From Negativicutes bacterium (GTDB lineage: Bacteria > Bacillota > Negativicutes > UBA1444), in NCBI GenBank assembly GCA_963665275.2, contig CAXXIN010000007.1, forward strand, positions 640,001 through 704,000: a stretch of DNA of 64,000 bases. The letters are read 5' to 3'. The notes under the pieces were generated by a model that saw only the letters and a list, made by a program, of their open reading frames with translations, made no database searches and was not told where the DNA came from. A program made the translations under genes and the position numbers. Of this stretch, positions 58,540 to 64,000 are shown piece after piece. The stretch's first letter is position 1, and every line of letters begins with the position of its first letter.

Positions 58540-59829
58540 TCAATATTTTTGGTATGACAAAACTGCTGCACAGCAAGCAGCAAACAGCGCCAATCCAACC
58601 AAAAACATCAAGCCGCCGACATAGCTTCCGGAAATGCTGATGAAAAAGCCCATGAGAACAGGTGAAAATGCCGATCCACCGTTGGAAACACCGTTCATCA
58701 TGCCAGCGCCGGCGCCAATCGCCTTACCGGGAACGATCTGTTGCACCAGCGCCCACGCCGGAGCAATGCCAAGACCAATGGAAGCAATACCAAAAGAAAT
58801 CAGTACAGCCGCTGTTGTATTGTCCGGGGCATATGCGCCAAAATAAATTCCTGCAGCGGCGCCGAGCATTGAGACGATGCAGATTGGAGCCCGCCGGCCC
58901 ATCTTGTCCGATATATATCCCGATGCCAGCACGCTGGCGATGCCAAGTACATAGGGAAGGGATGCAAAGGCGCCCATGGCGGCCCAGGAAAATCCACGGG
59001 CCACTTTGAGATAAGAGGGTAACCAGGCCATTGTACCCCAGAATATTGAGGCCAGACAGAAATAGTAAAGGGTCACCATCCAGAAGCGATAGTTAAAAAT
59101 AAAAACCTTCATACTTTCCCAAACCGTAGTGTGCCCAGCCAGCGCTTCCATCTCTTTTTCGGACTTCTGTCCTTCTTCAATCAGGTCACGTTCGGCCTTG
59201 TTCACACCTTTGTGCTCACGCGGGAAGTCCGTCGTAAAGAACCACAATAATATCAACGGGATCAAGCCAAATGCTACCAGAATGAAAAAGCTCATACGCC
59301 AGCCATAGGACTGGATGGCCCAAGTCAGAAAAGGCATGGCAATCGCCGGCCCTGCCATCAGTCCAACTACCCACACCGCATTGGCTTTGCCTCGCTCATG
59401 TGGTGGAAACCAGTTTTTAACATATTTACTTTGCATCGGCCAATGCATCCCTTCGCCAATCCCTAGGATCACCCGCGCCGCCAACATGATGGTAAAGGTT
59501 GAGGCAATGCCGCCGACAACAAGAGAAATACCCCATAAAAGAATAGATAAAGACATCGCTTTTCGTGGTCCCAGAATATCTCCAAGCGGACTGAGAAAAA
59601 CGTTAGAAAGTCCGTAAAAAATCAAAAACACAGTCATGAGCAAGCCCATTTGCATCGGCTGTCCTTTGATTCCCATTTCCGTAAGGAATGTATTATCGGC
59701 CAAAAGAACAGAAACATTTACCCGGTCTAGGTAGGCAATCAGCAAAGTCACCAATAAAATTAGAACAAGAATTACCCGCTGTCTCGTCGGCTTCATTTCA
59801 TCCACACCAATTGTCCCCTTTCCCTCCAT
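58540..59829 (-). CDS. MFS transporter (anion:cation symporter type)
   Basis: AYLDRVNVS, RVILGIGEG, WFPPHERGKAN, about 12 TMs. Confidence 0.92.
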   Translation of the reverse strand: MEGKGTIGVDEMKPTRQRVILVLILLVTLLIAYLDRVNVSVLLADNTFLTEMGIKGQPMQMGLLMTVFLIFYGLSNVFLSPLGDILGPRKAMSLSILLWGISLVVGGIASTFTIMLAARVILGIGEGMHWPMQSKYVKNWFPPHERGKANAVWVVGLMAGPAIAMPFLTWAIQSYGWRMSFFILVAFGLIPLILLWFFTTDFPREHKGVNKAERDLIEEGQKSEKEMEALAGHTTVWESMKVFIFNYRFWMVTLYYFCLASIFWGTMAWLPSYLKVARGFSWAAMGAFASLPYVLGIASVLASGYISDKMGRRAPICIVSMLGAAAGIYFGAYAPDNTTAAVLISFGIASIGLGIAPAWALVQQIVPGKAIGAGAGMMNGVSNGGSAFSPVLMGFFISISGSYVGGLMFLVGLALFAACCAAVLSYQKY

Positions 59830-59876
59830 GAATTTACGTTCCCCCGAAATTTAGTTAAGTAGCTGAAAGATATGTG

Positions 59877-59886
59877 TTGTATACAA
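59877..59886. promoter_or_regulatory. GntR/FadR-type palindrome upstream of the MFS-larA operon
   Basis: Perfect palindrome TTGTATACAA. Confidence 0.45.
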
Positions 59887-60146
59887 AATACTTATGAATG
59901 CAAAAAAATTATAGCTCCCATCGATCAGCCAACTCCCCTATCAACCCCTTCACTCAAGCGCACCCTATCCAGCGTATAGATTGTACGTTATTCTATCGAT
60001 TATCCACGGTTTTGTCAACATTATGTAACAATATTATGTAGCACGCAGTCTGAATGTGCAAAAATTCGCAACTAAACTTTGCTTTTTATTATCGCCCCCC
60101 ATGTTCCAGACTGATGGTTCTTTACATGAAGATTATTTCAAAACAC

Positions 60147-60187
60147 AAACCCCGCAGATGTTGAATTCTCAACACCTGCGGGGTTTT
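60147..60187 (-). terminator. Hairpin after argH
   Basis: AAACCCCGCAG.TGTTGA...TCAACA.CTGCGGGGTTT. Confidence 0.6.
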
Positions 60188-60231
60188 CGCCGTCGCAAAC
60201 GCAGATTTTTTTATTGGATCAGTGTTCCAGG

Positions 60232-61651
60232 CTAAAGATCATTTTGTTTTTCATACAAGCAGCACGTCATCTGCTGCGACTGCAGAATCTTGTAGCAGGA
60301 AGCAAGAGCCTGTTTGACTTGGGCGGTGGAGGTTCCCCCCTCTGAATTCCGTGCTTCAATACAGGTTTCGATACGCAACGCTTCCAGAATATCGGGCCCA
60401 AACAATGAGCACATTGCCTGCAGCTCCGGCAGGGGCAACTCCGTTAGACTGCGCTCGGTTTCGATAGCTATACGCACCGCTCGTCCCACTACGGCATGGG
60501 CTTCGCGGAAAGGCAATCCTTTGCGCACCAGATAATCGGCCATGTCCGTTGCATTGGAATAATCATCGTCCAGAACTTGGCGCATTCGATCTGCATTAAC
60601 CTTCATACCCTTCAACATCGAGGCATAAACCGAAAGGCTGAATTTCAGGGTGTCGATCGTATCGAACACACCTTCCTTGTCTTCCTGCAAATCTTTGTTG
60701 TAAGTCATGGGCAATCCTTTGAGAATCGTCAACATAGCCATCAGATGACCCACCACACGGCCGGTTTTTCCTCTCACCAGTTCGCAAACATCAGGGTTTT
60801 TCTTTTGCGGCATGATGCTGGATCCGGTGCAGTGTGCATCATCGAGTTCGATGAAGGCGAATTCGGTGGAAGACCACAGGATCAGCTCTTCGCTGAGCCG
60901 GGAAAGATGAACCATTAAAATCGAAGCAAAAGACAGGAATTCCAGGATATAATCCCGATCGCTCACTGCATCCATACTGTTGGCCATAGATACGAGAAAA
61001 CTTTAATTCATCGGCGACCATGCGACGGTCGATGGGAAAGGTAGTACCTGCCAAGGCGCCGGCGCCGAGAGGCATGATGTCTGTACGCTCCCACACTCCC
61101 CGCAATCGGTCAAAATCCCGCGACAGCATGTGAAAATAGGCTAGCAAATGGTGGGAGAACAGCACTGGCTGCGCCCGCTGCAAATGAGTATATCCTGGCA
61201 GAATAACGTCGATGTTGATTTCGGCCACTTCAAGCAGTGCGCTTTCCATGGAATGAAGGAGCGAAGCAATCGATTGGATAGCCGATTTCATATACATGTG
61301 AGTGTCAAGCGCCACCTGATCGTTGCGGCTGCGGGCGGTGTGCAGCTTGCCGCCTACCGGTCCGATCCGCTCCGTAAGGCGTTTTTCAATATTCATGTGA
61401 ATATCTTCAAGGGCAATTTCAAAAGTGAAGTTTCCGGCTTCGATATCCGCCAGGATGGATGCCAATCCGGCAATAATGGTGTCGGTTTCCATCTGAGTCA
61501 AAATCCCACAGCGTCCGAGCATGCGGGCATGCGCCATGCTACCAAGAATATCTTGCCGGTACATCCGTTGGTCAAAGGAAATGGAGGAGGTGAACTCCTC
61601 CACACTCGCGTCGGTGTCCCGGGTAAACCGGCCACCCCACAGTTTCGTCAC
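60232..61651 (-). CDS. argH: Argininosuccinate lyase, split by a 1-nt insertion near 60983 (probably a sequencing error)
   Basis: [16 protein letters not shown] in one frame; [22 protein letters not shown] in the other; TATGGCCAAC versus expected TATGCCAAC. Confidence 0.9.
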
Positions 61652-62880
61652 TTCTTCTTCGCCTCTTTCTGCATCATCAGCGCCCGAATTTTGAGCGGCA
61701 GACCAAACAGATTAATGAAGCCTTCGGCATCTTTCTGATTGTAAACTTCGTCCCGTCCAAAGGTAACGAACCCTTCGCTATAGAGGGAATATGGTGATTT
61801 CGCGCCAGCGCTCATGATATTGCCTTTATAAAGTTTGACACGCACGGTGCCTGTCACCGTCTGCTGCGTCTCGTTCACAAAAGCATCCAAGGCTTCACGC
61901 AGCGGAGCAAACCACATTCCGTCATAAACCAGTTCAGCATAGCGAACAGCCATTTGTTCCTTGTAGTGTAGCGTTGCGCGGTCCAGCGTGAGGGCTTCCA
62001 GCTCCCTGTGGGCGTAGAAGAGGATCGATCCACCGGGAGTTTCGTAAACACCGCGGGATTTCATCCCTACGAGTCGATTTTCGACCAGGTCGGCAATTCC
62101 GACGCCATGTTTAGCGCCCAGTTCGTTAAGTTTGGTTACCAACTCCAACGGTTTAAGGGTTTTGCCGTCGATGGAAACAGGGATCCCTTTTTCAAATCCA
62201 ATTTCCACATATTCCGCCTTATCAGGAGCCGTCTCCGGTGTTTTGGAAATCATGCAGAGATCCGGTTTGGGCTCATTCCAGGGATCTTCGAGATCGGCGC
62301 CTTCGTGGCTCAGATGCCAGAGGTTTTCATCCATGCTGTACGGACGGGCTTTGGTGACCGGAATGGGAATACCGCGTTGTTCCGCATAATCGATGGCATC
62401 TTCACGAGACCGAATATCCCACATCCGCCAAGGCGCAATGATTTTCAGATGAGGAGCAAGGGCTTTGATTGTCAATTCAAAACGGACCTGATCGTTGCCT
62501 TTGCCAGTCGCGCCGTGAGCGATAGCTTCAGCGCCTTCCTGTGCTGCGACACGAGCCAGTGCCTGTGCAATGATCGGGCGCGCCATGGAGGTTCCCAAAA
62601 GATACTTCCCTTCATAGACAGCTCCAGCCTTCAATGTCGGCCAGATATAATCCGTGATGAAGGCTTCGCGCAAATCTTCCACGTATACTTTGCTGGCCCC
62701 TGTCTTAATCGCTTTGTTTTTTACAAATTCAAAATCGTCACCCTGACCGACATCAGCACACACCGCGATGACTTCATAACCGTAATTCTCAATTAGCCAG
62801 GGAATGATGACGGATGTATCCAATCCGCCGGAATAGGCCAGTACTACTTTTTTGTTTTCAGTTGCTTGTGTTTCGCTCAT
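61648..62880 (-). CDS. argG: Argininosuccinate synthase
   Basis: [34 protein letters not shown]. Confidence 0.98.
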   Translation of the reverse strand: MSETQATENKKVVLAYSGGLDTSVIIPWLIENYGYEVIAVCADVGQGDDFEFVKNKAIKTGASKVYVEDLREAFITDYIWPTLKAGAVYEGKYLLGTSMARPIIAQALARVAAQEGAEAIAHGATGKGNDQVRFELTIKALAPHLKIIAPWRMWDIRSREDAIDYAEQRGIPIPVTKARPYSMDENLWHLSHEGADLEDPWNEPKPDLCMISKTPETAPDKAEYVEIGFEKGIPVSIDGKTLKPLELVTKLNELGAKHGVGIADLVENRLVGMKSRGVYETPGGSILFYAHRELEALTLDRATLHYKEQMAVRYAELVYDGMWFAPLREALDAFVNETQQTVTGTVRVKLYKGNIMSAGAKSPYSLYSEGFVTFGRDEVYNQKDAEGFINLFGLPLKIRALMMQKEAKKK

Positions 62881-62917
62881 AATTATTTCCCTCCAAAAAA
62901 TCTATTATTCTTATATT

Positions 62918-63853
62918 CTACATCACCAACGCAAGTATTGCCTTCTGAACATGTAAACGATTTTCGGCTTCATCAAAAATTTCATCCGCGTGAGCTTCAA
63001 ACAATTCATCGCTAATTTCTTCACCCCGGTGCGCCGGCAGACAATGCTGCACCATCGCTCCCGGTTTGGCAATCGCCATCATGGCACTATTGAGGCTGTA
63101 GCCGCCGAAGGCTTTGAGCCTGGCCCTGTGTTCCGCTTCGTGCCCCATGCTGGACCATACGTCAGTCACCAGGACATCGGCGTCGCGCGCTGCTTCACGC
63201 GGGTCATTGCACACTACCACGCTGCCGCCGGTTTCCAGTGCTGCCGCTTGTGCAGATGCAACAATATCAGCCTTGGGTTCATAGCCGGTCGGTGTGGCTA
63301 CAACGATATGCATGCCGGTCTTGGCGCCCCCCTCCATCAGGGAGTTTGCCATATTGAAACCATCCCCCAGAAAAGCGAGCTTCAGCCCCTTAAGTGATCC
63401 CTTATGTTCACGCACGGTAAACAAATCTGCCAGCACCTGACAGGGATGATGGGAATCCGTCAGTCCATTAACAACCGGGATCGAAGCCCACTCAGCCAGC
63501 TCTTCCACATCTTTCTGCGCATAGGTTCGGATCATGATGCCGTCGAGATATCGCGAAAGTACACGGGCGGTGTCCCGAATCGGTTCGCCCCGTCCCATCT
63601 GCAGGTCATTGGCGGAAAGGAACAGCGCCGAACCACCGAGTTGATACATTCCCACCTCGAAAGAAACACGGGTCCGAGTGGATGATTTTTGAAAAATCAT
63701 GCCCAAAGACTTTCCCTTGAGCAGTGGATGTTCAATACCGGCCTTCTGTTTCTGCTTCAGATCAGCCGCCGTACAAAAGATTTCCTCCACCTCCGCCGGT
63801 GACAGATCGTGCAGCGACAGCAAATCCTTTCCTTTCATACTCGTCATACTCAT
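62918..63853 (-). CDS. argF: Ornithine carbamoyltransferase
   Basis: STRTRVSFE, HPCQ, SMG, HCLPAHRG. Confidence 0.96.
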   Translation of the reverse strand: MSMTSMKGKDLLSLHDLSPAEVEEIFCTAADLKQKQKAGIEHPLLKGKSLGMIFQKSSTRTRVSFEVGMYQLGGSALFLSANDLQMGRGEPIRDTARVLSRYLDGIMIRTYAQKDVEELAEWASIPVVNGLTDSHHPCQVLADLFTVREHKGSLKGLKLAFLGDGFNMANSLMEGGAKTGMHIVVATPTGYEPKADIVASAQAAALETGGSVVVCNDPREAARDADVLVTDVWSSMGHEAEHRARLKAFGGYSLNSAMMAIAKPGAMVQHCLPAHRGEEISDELFEAHADEIFDEAENRLHVQKAILALVM

Positions 63854-63892
63854 GATATACCTTCCTTTATTTCCGTCGGCATAAGCTGACGG

Positions 63893-64000
63893 TTATTGCC
63901 ACTTTTCCAGCACGGCGTCAAGCACGGCGATGACCTCGTCCACGTGCCCGCGGTTAATGTTCAGCGGTGGAACGAAACGCAGTACGTTACCGGCGGTGCA
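63893..64000 (-). CDS. argD: 3' end of acetylornithine aminotransferase (partial)
   Basis: [15 protein letters not shown]...LEKWQ*; upstream of argF. Confidence 0.8.
   Translation of the reverse strand, partial: CTAGNVLRFVPPLNINRGHVDEVIAVLDAVLEKWQ

Overview
Chromosomal window from an anaerobic Firmicute, probably a Negativicute of the Sporomusaceae type (inferred from gene content and protein style, not searched). The flanks are mostly housekeeping or metabolic. Left: a MerR-activated buk-ptb-iorAB operon, bfr and thiDME. Right: hsp20-dnaK-dnaJ-clpB, cdaA-cdaR-glmM-glmS with a glmS ribozyme, ilvE, a LarA-family gene with an MFS transporter, and argDFGH. The notable part is about 8.5-39.4 kb. 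It holds a set of only the cell-external flagellar parts (FlgD, FlgE, two FlgK, FlgL, FliD, FliC) that are acidic, Ser/Thr-rich and almost free of proline (17 Pro in about 3,050 aa by hand count), with normally conserved prolines replaced. Around it lie histidine kinases with Pro-rich extracytoplasmic loops, two signal-peptide-less proteins with poly-Pro runs and a shared SNSDGDTF(E/Q)LS motif, a MacAB-type exporter and flagellin glycosylation genes. A shared 11-bp-phased direct repeat lies upstream of several of these units. I infer a regulon that senses a proline-binding agent (tannins/polyphenols are the best candidate), secretes Pro-rich decoys and swaps in a non-sticky flagellum; this function is untested. 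Other oddities are a prephenate dehydratase with a signal peptide, a radical SAM-glycosyltransferase fusion and a DnaK carrying the diderm-type insert. Several single-base insertions (first 1 kb, argH) look like sequencing errors.
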